Assembly (NCBI GenBank): GCA_963762145.1
Contig: CAVXJS010000011.1
Location: forward strand, 480,001 to 544,000
Direction of reading: 5' to 3'
DNA: 64,000 nt
From: an uncultured Candidatus Rokubacteria bacterium
GTDB lineage: Bacteria > Methylomirabilota > Methylomirabilia > Rokubacteriales > CSP1-6
Shown here: positions 44,908 through 53,873 of the stretch, piece by piece
Numbering within the stretch: the stretch's first letter is position 1
Layout of the letters: each line of letters opens with the position of its first letter
Translations under genes and position numbers: made by a program
The notes under the pieces: model-generated
Databases searched by the model: none
What the model saw: the letters and a program-made list of their open reading frames with translations, nothing else
Told to the model about the DNA's origin: nothing

Positions 44908-46326
44908 ATGAAGACCAAGGTCAAGCAATTGTCACCAATGGATAGCACGAATGGTCACGGCACCGCGCTCAGCGACGCGCCGTATCGCTCTCAGGCCGAG
45001 CGCCGGGCCGAGGGAAAGCGGCTGCGCGACGCCGTGCCTCGCACTGAGCATAGCGGATGGAAGCCGCCCATGGAGCGTCCTGATCCGGTCGAGCTGGTGC
45101 TGGCGCAGAACGAGGGCAGGGTGCTGGACCTCGTGCCGATTCGCCACGGTCGCATGTCACAGTCGGCCTTCGCCTTCTATCGCGGGACCGCCGCGATCAT
45201 GGCCGCCGACCTGGCCCACACCCCGAGCACCGGCCTCAGGGTGCAGGCCTGTGGCGACGCCCATCTTTCGAACTTCGGGGCCTTTGCCACGCCCGAGCGC
45301 GGCCTGATCTTCGACGTCAATGACCTGGATGAAACGCTTCCCGCCCCATGGGAATGGGACGTCAAGCGCTTGGCCGCCAGCGTGGTCCTGGCCGGGCGGC
45401 ATATCCAGCTCAAACAGAAAGAGACGGCGCGCGCCGCACGCGCCGCGGTGCGCTCATACCGGGAACACATGGCGGAGTACGCCTTCATGAAAGCGCTGGA
45501 CATCTGGTACGACCGGATCGACCTGCAACGCCTGCTCGATGCGACGCCGGACGAAGAGACGCGCGCGCAGACGATCAAAGCTGTCGAGAAGGCGCGCGGC
45601 CGCACTGTGGCCGAGCACGATTTCCCAAAGCTCGCCGAGCACGTTCGCTCGACGCCGCGCATCAAGGATAATCCACCGCTCATCTTCCATGCCGCCGACA
45701 TGGCGGGCGACGAGGACATCAAGGCAGCATGGGCGCTCTACCACGACGCACTGCCCGAGCACATGCGCGTCCTCTTCGACCGCTTTCATCTGTGCGACAT
45801 GGCGGTGAAGGTCGTTGGCGTGGGCAGCGTCGGTACGATGTGCTTGATCGCCCTCTTCATGGCCGCGGACGACGACCCGCTGTTCCTGCAGATCAAGCAG
45901 GCAAGGCAGTCGGTGCTTGAGCCCTTTGCCGGGAAGAGTCTGCACGGCAACCACGGTCAGCGCGTCATCGTCGGCCAGCGCCTGATACAGTCGGCGAGCG
46001 ACAGCTTCCTGGGGTGGACGCAGTCACAGCGAGGGAACCACTTCTACATACGCCAGCTCCGCGACATGAAGATTTCGGCGGACATTGACAGCTGGCACGA
46101 TCAGGTACTGCGGCGATACGCGGGACTGTGCGGGTGGGCGCTGGCGCGAGCGCACGCTCGCTCGGGCGACGCGGCCATGATCGCGGGCTACATGGGATCG
46201 GGCGGCACCTTGGACGAGGCGATCTGCGACTTTGCCGGCGACTATGCCGATCAGGCCGAGCGTGATCACAAGGCGTTCGTCAAGGCGATCAGAGAGGGAC
46301 GGGTCAAAGCGGTCATTGAGTCCTAG
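44908..46326 (+). CDS. DUF2252 domain protein (kinase-like fold)
   Basis: LVPIRHGRM..S.FAFYRG, CGDAHLSNFG, FDVNDLDE, KVVGVGSVG, RQLRDMK, LARAHARSGD. Confidence 0.92.
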   Translation: MKTKVKQLSPMDSTNGHGTALSDAPYRSQAERRAEGKRLRDAVPRTEHSGWKPPMERPDPVELVLAQNEGRVLDLVPIRHGRMSQSAFAFYRGTAAIMAADLAHTPSTGLRVQACGDAHLSNFGAFATPERGLIFDVNDLDETLPAPWEWDVKRLAASVVLAGRHIQLKQKETARAARAAVRSYREHMAEYAFMKALDIWYDRIDLQRLLDATPDEETRAQTIKAVEKARGRTVAEHDFPKLAEHVRSTPRIKDNPPLIFHAADMAGDEDIKAAWALYHDALPEHMRVLFDRFHLCDMAVKVVGVGSVGTMCLIALFMAADDDPLFLQIKQARQSVLEPFAGKSLHGNHGQRVIVGQRLIQSASDSFLGWTQSQRGNHFYIRQLRDMKISADIDSWHDQVLRRYAGLCGWALARAHARSGDAAMIAGYMGSGGTLDEAICDFAGDYADQAERDHKAFVKAIREGRVKAVIES

Positions 46327-46335
46327 GCTGGCGGC

Positions 46336-47547
46336 ATGAGCAATACCGGAGTGGAGGGGTCGAAGCCGCTACCGGACCCGTACGACTTCTCGCTGGTCCT
46401 GGGCGGCCCCCTGTTCCAGCTCGTCGCGCGCGCCCGTCTGTCCGGCAACGCGCTGGAGCTGCTGGTCCGCCGGGTCATCGTGATCTCGCTCTTCGCATGG
46501 CTCCCGCTGTTGATCCTGTCGATGCTGGGTGGGCGCGCGTGGGGTGACGGGGTGACGGTGCCGTTCCTGGTGGACCTCGAGGTGCATGCCCGGTTCCTGC
46601 TGGCGCTGCCCCTGCTCATCGTGGCGGAGCTGGTGGTGCACCAGCGGATGCGCCCGGTGGCTCGGCAGTTCCTGGAGCGCGGCCTGATTCCCGAGAGGTC
46701 CCGGGCGCGGTTCGACCTCGCCATGGCCTCCGCCGTGCGCCTCCGAAACTCGATAGCGGCGGAAGTGTTGCTGATTGCATTGGTGTACCTCGTCGGCGCG
46801 CTCTATGTCTGGCCTCGGTTCAACATCGGCCTGGCGGTGTCGACGTGGTATGCGGTGCCGACCGGCGGCGGCCAGCACCTGTCTCCGGCCGGGTGGTGGC
46901 TCGTCTATGTGAGCCTTCCGCTGTTCCAGTTCATCCTCTTCCGCTGGTATTTCCGGTTGTTCGTGTGGGTGCGTTTCCTCTGGCAGGTGGCGCGGTGCGA
47001 GCTCAGCCTGGTACCCACGCACCCGGATCGTGCCGGCGGCCTCGGCTTCCTGTCTCTTACCGTGGTCGCGTTCGCGCCCGTGCTGCTGGCCCACGGAGTG
47101 CTGCTCTCCGGGCTGATCGCCGATCGGATCTTCTTTCACGCCGCGAGCCTGCTGGACTTCAAGGCGCAGGTGGCCGTGGTCGTCGTCTTCCTGCTGGCGA
47201 TCGTGTTGGGGCCGCTCCTGCTCTTCATGCCGCACCTCGGATCGGCGAGGCGCGTCGGTCTGCGCGAGTACGGGACCCTGGCCCAGCGCTACGTACGGGA
47301 GTTCGACGACAAGTGGCTCCGCGGGCGCGCGCCGGCCGACGAGCCGCTGGTGGGGAGCGCAGACGTCCAGTCCCTCGCGGACCTGGGCAATAGCTTCGAG
47401 CTCGTCCGGAGTATGCGCGTCGTGCCGTTCACGAGGGACACCTTGGTCCAGCTCGCGGTGATCACGCTTCTGCCGCTGGTCCCGCTCCTCCTCACGATGG
47501 TGTCGCTGGAGGAGCTGTTGAAGGGCCTGCTCAAGGTCGTGTTCTGA
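46336..47547 (+). CDS. Uncharacterised integral membrane protein
   Basis: 403 aa with several TM segments; motifs FSLVLGGPLFQ, HPDRAGGLGFL, DVQSLADL. Confidence 0.85.
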   Translation: MSNTGVEGSKPLPDPYDFSLVLGGPLFQLVARARLSGNALELLVRRVIVISLFAWLPLLILSMLGGRAWGDGVTVPFLVDLEVHARFLLALPLLIVAELVVHQRMRPVARQFLERGLIPERSRARFDLAMASAVRLRNSIAAEVLLIALVYLVGALYVWPRFNIGLAVSTWYAVPTGGGQHLSPAGWWLVYVSLPLFQFILFRWYFRLFVWVRFLWQVARCELSLVPTHPDRAGGLGFLSLTVVAFAPVLLAHGVLLSGLIADRIFFHAASLLDFKAQVAVVVVFLLAIVLGPLLLFMPHLGSARRVGLREYGTLAQRYVREFDDKWLRGRAPADEPLVGSADVQSLADLGNSFELVRSMRVVPFTRDTLVQLAVITLLPLVPLLLTMVSLEELLKGLLKVVF

Positions 47548-47554
47548 GTCGGGC

Positions 47555-47572
47555 GTAGCCCTAAGGTCCCAT
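47555..47572. promoter_or_regulatory. Palindromic regulator box, copy 2 (GTAGCCCTAAGGTCCCAT), TAGAGT 21 nt downstream
   Basis: Motif match and spacing to a -10 hexamer at 47594-47599. Confidence 0.55.
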
Positions 47573-47768
47573 AGCGGTGCGTCCGGACTGAGCTAGAGTC
47601 GGCAGATCGGCAAGTTCTTTTCGTAGGGACGGCAAACAGACAGCCTCCGCCCCCTCCCTGACCTCGCGCCGGGGGCGCAACCCGGCGGCACTTGCGCGCC
47701 GCGCGGATCGGCCCCCGCCTAGACTGCTTCTCCTCAGGGCTGGATGAGGTTCGCGCCTTGGCAATCCC

Positions 47769-50503
47769 TCAATCCCCGCCCTTCTTTTCTCCGCCCACCT
47801 GCTCCCTCACGAGCCGGGCGGACACTTGCCCGAGCTCCAGCTCCAGGTCCTTGGTGTCGATACGCCCGAACAGGTCGAGCAGGCGCGCGACCAACCCGGT
47901 CCACCCCGTCTGGTGGCTGGCGCCGAGCCCCGCGCCGTTGTCACCCTGGAAGTATTCGATAGAAGAGGATCAGATCGCGCCAGTGCGGATCGTCCTGGAA
48001 CTTGGCGGTCCCGCCGTACACCGGCCGCCGTCCGTTGGCGTCGCGCAGGAACGTACTGGCCAGCCGGCGGGAGAGCTCTCGGGCCACTTCGAAGAGCGTC
48101 ATGTACTGCCCCGAACCCGTCGGACATTGAACCTTGAAGTCATCGCCGTAGAAGCTATACAGGTTCAAGAGCGCGCGGACCAGCAGGGCATTGACGGGCA
48201 TCCAGACGGGGCCCCGCCAGTTGGAGTTGCCGCCGAACATCCCGGTATTCGATTCGCCCGGCAGGTACTGGACCTTGTATTCCTGACCCCCGACGTGAAA
48301 CACGAACGGATGATCCAGGTGATACCGCGAGACCGAGCGAATCCCGTGGGGCCCGAGAAACTCGTTCTCGTCGAGCATGTAGGCGAGCACGCGCTCCAGC
48401 TTCTGCTTGTTGAGGATCGACAAGAGACGCCGTCCTTTGTAGCCGACGAACCCCTCGTCGGTCGGGGCCACATGGGACACGACCTTGGGATGGCGTTTCT
48501 TGAACAGGGCGATCATCTCCATCAGCTTCGGATAAGCGACTGGCCGCATCCCCCTCGAACACCGTCGACGCACACAGCGGCAGGAGCCCCACCAGCGACC
48601 GCACCTTCAAGCGCATCGCCTGGCCGTCGGGCAGCCGCAGCAGATCGTAGAAGAATCCGTCCTGTTCGTCCCACATCTCGTCGTGATGCTCGCCGATGCG
48701 GTCCATCGCGTAGGCGATCCACACGAAATGCTCGACGAACTTGTAGGCGATCTCTTCGTACATCGGGTCGTATTCGGTGAGAATGAGGGCGATCTCCAGC
48801 ATGTTCTGGCAGTAAAACGCCATCCAGGCCGTCCCGTCCGCCTGCTCCAGCGAGCCGCCCGTGGGGAGCTGGGCGCTCCGGTCGAAGACGCCGATGTTGT
48901 CGAGGCCGAGAAATCCCCCGGCGAACACGTTGCGCCCGGCGGGGTCCTTGCGGTTGACCCACCAGCTGAAGTTCAGCATCAACCCCTGAAACGACCGCTC
49001 CAGGAACCGCAGATCCGCCCGGCCGAGGGTCCGCTCCGTCTTGTAGAGGAAGAGGGTGGCCCAGGCGTGCACCGGGGGATTCACATCGCCGAAGTTCCAC
49101 TCGTAGGCGGGAATTTGCCCATTGGGGTGGGCATAGAGACCGCGCAGCATCAGCAGCAGCTGCTCCTTGGCGAAATCAAAGTCCACCAGCGACAGGGAGA
49201 TCGTGTGGAACGCCAGGTCCCAGGCCGCATACCAGGGGTACTCCCACTTGTCCGGCATCGAGATCACATCGGCGTTCAGCATGTGAAACCATTCCGTGTT
49301 CCGCACGCCGCGGCCAGCGGATTCCATGAGCGGATGACTCCGGTGCTCCTGAAGCCATCGATCCAGATCGAAGTAGTAGTACTGCTTGCTCCACAGCATG
49401 CCCGCCAGCGCCTGGCGGTGCACCCGCCGTTCATCTTCGTTCAGCGAGGTCGGCGAGATCCGATCGTAGAACTCGTCCGCGTCGGCGAGTCGGCTCTTGA
49501 ATATCCCCTCGAAGTCGCCAAAGGCCTTGTCCACCCGGGCGGCCGCCAGACGGAGGCGGACGGTCTGGCTTCCGCCTCCGGGCACGTCGAGGACATAGTG
49601 GGCCGCCGCCTTGGTCCCGACCTTGGCGGGGTTCACCGCCTCGCCGCGGCCCGAGATGACGTACTCGTGGAAGGCGTCCTTGACATACGGGGTCGCATTG
49701 GGCTGGCTCCAGAGCCGGGACGCGTTGCTCTCATTCTCGGTGAAGAGCAACTCCGGGGCGCCATCGCAATGCAGCCAGTACTCGCCCAGCTCAGGGTGGG
49801 TGGTCTGAATGGTGCCGGGTCCCACCTCGCGAAGCGACGGCTTCGGCTGATCGTCGCCCCACGACCAGGTGTTGCGGAACCAGAGGGTCGGCAAGAGACG
49901 AAGCCGGGCCGCTTCGGGTCCCCGATTATGCACGGTGATGCGAACGAGGACGTCTTCCGGGCCCTTCTTCGCGTACTCGACGAACACGTCGAAATAGCGG
50001 TCGTCGCCGAAGACGCCGGTATCGAGCAGCTCGTACTCGAACTCTTCCCGCGACCTGTTTCGATTCGTGTCGATCAGGTCCCGGTAGGGATACTCCCGCT
50101 GCGGGTACTTGTAGAGATACTTCATGTACGAGTGGGTCGGGGTGCTGTCGAGGTAGAAGTAGTACTCCTTCACGTCCTCGCCATGGTTCGCCTCGCTGTT
50201 GGTGAGCCCGAACAGGCGCTCCTTCAGGATAGGGTCCTGCCCGTTCCACAACGCCAGCGCGAAGCACAGCTGTTGCTTGTCATCGGAGAGGCCCGCAAGC
50301 CCGTCCTCGCCCCACCGGTAGGCTCGGGAGCGGGCCTGATCATGGGTGAAGTAGTCCCAGGCGTTGCCGTCCTCGCTGTAGTCCTCGCGGACCGTCCCCC
50401 ACTGGCGCTCGCTGAGATAGGGGCCCCATTTTTTCCACGGGATGTGTGTCTCGCGGGCCTCGTTCAAGCGTTTCTGCTCTGTGACATCCTTCAGAATAGC
50501 CAT
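47769..50503 (-). CDS. GH63 / MGH1-like glucosidase; frameshifts near 48550 and 47960
   Basis: [46 protein letters not shown] and C-terminal [11 protein letters not shown] across frames. Confidence 0.93.
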
Positions 50504-50607
50504 GTCGCGCCTCCTACCCTCCCCAGGACAGGAGTTTCCCGAACAACATCGTCACCGCCACGGTCACCGTGAACGCCCACCATTCGCTCATCGCGAGATC
50601 CTCCTGA

Positions 50608-51042
50608 TCAGCTGCCCTTGACCCAGGTCTGGGTCTTGTAGAAGACGCCGAGGTAGCCGCGGACCTTGAGCTTGCCTTCCTCGGTCCAGACCTCCGCCTT
50701 GTAGACCTTGCCGTCCTCCGGGTCCAGGATCGTGCCGCCCTTGAAGCGATCTCCGTCGGGCTTGAGGTCCTTCATGATGACGAGGCCGATGATCGGCTTG
50801 TCCTTGTCGTCGCCCTTGCAGGCGGTGCAGGTCTTCGGCTTGCCCGCCTTGTCAGTGGGCTCGGTCAGGCCCGTGATCGTGCCGGTCAGCTTGCCGCCCT
50901 GCTCGGTGATCTGCACCTCGGATACCGGCTTGCCGGTCTTCTCGTCGATCGTCTGCCACTTGCCGATCGGTGCCTCGGCCGCCGCGGCCAAGCCGACACC
51001 GGCCACCATACCCAGAACCACCAATCCCCACGTTCGCCTCAT
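50608..51042 (-). CDS. DUF2147 domain secreted protein
   Basis: Signal peptide; G.W.TID, CTAC, GGTILDPEDGKVYK, LKVRGYLG, TQTW. Confidence 0.9.
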   Translation of the reverse strand: MRRTWGLVVLGMVAGVGLAAAAEAPIGKWQTIDEKTGKPVSEVQITEQGGKLTGTITGLTEPTDKAGKPKTCTACKGDDKDKPIIGLVIMKDLKPDGDRFKGGTILDPEDGKVYKAEVWTEEGKLKVRGYLGVFYKTQTWVKGS

Positions 51043-51064
51043 GGACAGCCTCCTCTCCGGTTGG

Positions 51065-51325
51065 TCAGTTCTGGAAGACCTTGGTCGACTCCACGGTGAC
51101 GGCCTTGCCCCACCAGCTCTGGGTCTGGGCCGCGGCCACATCGGACCGAGTGACCCTCGGATTGGCTTCCTGCGCGTCATTGCGGATCGAGAAGCCCATG
51201 TGCTGGTCGGACGCGAAGTGCGAGGTGTGGCCCCGCCACTCGGCCCACTCCTCGGCCGTCGCGCAGCCACCGGCCGCCAAGATGCTGCCACCCACCAGAA
51301 GTGCCTTCATTGCCCGTGTGCTCAT
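51065..51325 (-). CDS. Small putative lipoprotein
   Basis: 86 aa; basic N-terminus, hydrophobic core, lipobox-like AGGC; GGGAG SD. Confidence 0.75.
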   Translation of the reverse strand: MSTRAMKALLVGGSILAAGGCATAEEWAEWRGHTSHFASDQHMGFSIRNDAQEANPRVTRSDVAAAQTQSWWGKAVTVESTKVFQN

Positions 51326-51407
51326 CGCGCTCCCCCAAGGGTGAAGATTGAAATACGGCCACGGCTCAGGATGCCGCTGAGACTAGTCCCGAAGGCGCAG
51401 CCCGCCT

Positions 51408-51425
51408 ATAGGACCAAGTGCCTAT
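51408..51425. promoter_or_regulatory. Palindromic regulator box, copy 3 (ATAGGACCAAGTGCCTAT), minus-strand TAGTCT 22 nt away
   Basis: Motif match; -10 at 51385-51380 points toward the lipoprotein gene. Confidence 0.6.
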
Positions 51426-51442
51426 GTCCACCCTCGTCTCGG

Positions 51443-52459
51443 TCAGCGGCCGGCGGCGCCGGGCAGCCCGGCGCGGATGCGGCGCGAGAAGTCCGGCGCC
51501 TGATCGGCAGCCTGGGCGGCGGCGTTGACGCGGGAGCGTCGCTGGAGCTCCTCGAAGGGTAGGCTCCGGTCCATGCGGCCCGACTCGTAGACGTAGGCCG
51601 GCGCGTAGCCGCTCACGAGTACCTTCCAGGACAAGGGGAGGGAGTCCTGGTTCACGCGGGTGTTCATGAGGATCGCGGTGGTGCAGTTGGTGGTGAGCGT
51701 GTTGTAGAACTCCGGGCGCTCGCGCAGCGTGTTCATCTGGCGCACGTATTCGAGGAAGATGCTCCGGATGTTCTCGGGGGGCACGCGCAGGGGGTAGACG
51801 TAGAAGTCCTCCGGCGGGTCCTTGCGATAGTTGGTCCTGAGCCGGACCACGTCGCGCTCGTCGGCCACGACGTAGTAGAGCTCGTACTGCCGGAAGAAGC
51901 CCTTGACCGAGGAGTAGCCCTCGCCCTTCTCCTTGCGGGCCTCGATGGAAATGGCGAGGTGGTCGTCGCCGAAGCCGAACGAGACGAAGAGGTGGGCGAT
52001 GGCCGGCCCCATCCAGTACACGGCCATGAGGTCCCCCGAGTCCAGCTTCTTCAGGTCGTAGGTGCGATCGGAATAGGCGGGGGTGAAGTCGGTCTCGGTG
52101 CGGTAGTCGAAGTTCCTGACGTTGTGCACCGTGACCTGGTCGCCGTCGATCGTCGCGTAGGCGAGCCGGGCGACCTCGGGCTGCCAGTCGCGCTCGTTCG
52201 ACGGCTGGATGCCGCTCCATCAGCCCGCGATTGCGACAAGCGCGACCGCGAAGGCGGGCAGGGCAAACCGGAGGCCCCGATGAAGCACGAGCGCGACGAC
52301 GGCGGTGAGCCCGGCCACGCCGTACGCGGCGGCCAGGACGAGCCGCCCCTTGTCGCCGCCGGGCCCCACGACCGTCAGAGCCAGCGCGCCCCAGCCCGTG
52401 AGCGCCAGCACCGCGAGAGCTGCGAGCCAGCGAACCGAGCCGGTCAGGAAGCGGCGCAC
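51443..52459 (-). CDS. DUF4105 (Lnb N-terminal periplasmic domain-like) membrane protein; frameshift near 52220
   Basis: N-terminal TM helices; HNVRNFDYR, AIAHLFVSFGF, SIEARKE, FYNTLTTNCTT. Confidence 0.85.
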
Positions 52460-52514
52460 GAGCCTTCACCCTCGAGCATCGGGGGGAGTGTGTCCGTCCA
52501 GGTCTGCTCGGTCA

Positions 52515-52532
52515 ATAGGCCGAAGGTGTTAT
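52515..52532. promoter_or_regulatory. Palindromic regulator box, copy 4 (ATAGGCCGAAGGTGTTAT), TATGCT 22 nt downstream
   Basis: Motif match; -10 at 52555-52560. Confidence 0.55.
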
Positions 52533-52600
52533 TGTCGGGGCGCTCGCGTCCTCATATGCTGCCGGTCGTGCCCGACCCAACCCTGAGGAGGAGGATGTCC

Positions 52601-53845
52601 ATGGTGAAGTGCTGGAGACATGTGTCCACGGCGTGCATGTTCGTGCTGACGGTCGCCGGCGGTGCCGCCGCGGCGGAGTACGAGACGCCGAAGAACCGCT
52701 CGGCCAAGGACGTCCTCCCGACGGCGGTGGCCGCGGGCGCCGACTACACGGTCAGCGACCTGGTGGTGGCCGACGGCTACATGTACCACTTCAAGGTCAA
52801 GTCGCCGTATGCCACCTTCGACGCGACCGGGACGGGCGCCCTCCGCAAGCTGGAGCATGAGATCTGGGCCATCGGCCAGCTCAAGCAGGTGACGAAGAGC
52901 GAGGCCTTCCTCAAGTCGCTCAAGGACCAGGCGGGCAAGCCGCTGGTCTTCGCCAAGGACGTCATCACGAAGCCGGGCGAGACGCTGAGTGGCATTCCGA
53001 AGGGGGTCGGCCGTCTCTTCAGCAATGCCTCGACCGCGATCACCAACACGAGGGACCCGAGCCAGGAAAGCGCCGCCAAGGAGCTTCTGCTCGTCGGGTC
53101 CTTCAAGCGCGACTATGCGGCCCGCTTCGAGGTGGATCCCTACTCGAGCAACCCGGTGCTGCAGGCCGAGCTGGACAAGATCGGCACGGCGGCGGCGTAC
53201 GGCTCCTGGACGGCCTCGGCGGCGATGATCCCGATCTCGGGCCCCGCCAGCAGCGTGATCACCGCGACGAGCCTGTCCAAGTCCTTCAACAATATCCTCT
53301 CGACCGAGCCCCCGTCTCGCATTCGCGTCATCAACGAGGAGAAGCTGGGGCAGATGGGGATCGCGCCCGATCTCGCCAAGCACTACCTCGACCACCCGGT
53401 CTTCACGCCCCGCCAGGACCTGCTCCTGGTGGACTCGCTGCATCGCCTCGGGGCGGCCACGGGGCGGAATGCGTACGTGACCGCGGCCATGGCGGCCGCG
53501 GACGAGGTCGAGGCCAACTTCTTCGTCAACATGGCCCAGATCCTCCGCGGGTACCACGAGAAGCAGGGTCCGATCAGGGGCATCACCATGGTCGGGCCTT
53601 TGACCGTGGCGCAGACCAAGTCCGGGGCGGCGCTGATTCCGTTCGCGCTGGACCACGGCGTGTGGACCGAGAGTGCCGACAAGCTCAGCCAGCAGTTGAA
53701 GGCCAGCTACCGCGCTCCCGGCTTCAACGGCAACTTCGAGTTCTGGGTCACCGGGACCTTGTCGCCCAACGCGAAGCAGCAGCTCCAGGCTCGCGGCTTC
53801 ACCGTCGTCGAGCAGGTCGGCGGGCGCATCGACATCGTCGACTGA
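52601..53845 (+). CDS. Uncharacterised exported protein
   Basis: GAGGAGG SD, signal peptide ending AAA-AE; motif 'VDPYSSNPVLQAEL'. Confidence 0.8.
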   Translation: MVKCWRHVSTACMFVLTVAGGAAAAEYETPKNRSAKDVLPTAVAAGADYTVSDLVVADGYMYHFKVKSPYATFDATGTGALRKLEHEIWAIGQLKQVTKSEAFLKSLKDQAGKPLVFAKDVITKPGETLSGIPKGVGRLFSNASTAITNTRDPSQESAAKELLLVGSFKRDYAARFEVDPYSSNPVLQAELDKIGTAAAYGSWTASAAMIPISGPASSVITATSLSKSFNNILSTEPPSRIRVINEEKLGQMGIAPDLAKHYLDHPVFTPRQDLLLVDSLHRLGAATGRNAYVTAAMAAADEVEANFFVNMAQILRGYHEKQGPIRGITMVGPLTVAQTKSGAALIPFALDHGVWTESADKLSQQLKASYRAPGFNGNFEFWVTGTLSPNAKQQLQARGFTVVEQVGGRIDIVD

Positions 53846-53873
53846 GGACCCTTCTCCTGCTAGAGTTCCCTCG

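Noticed and set aside
51383-51400. CTAGTCCCGAAGGCGCAG as a seventh palindrome copy
   Set aside because: Half-site spacing is off by one, the right half is poor, and it overlaps the -10 hexamer assigned to copy 3.
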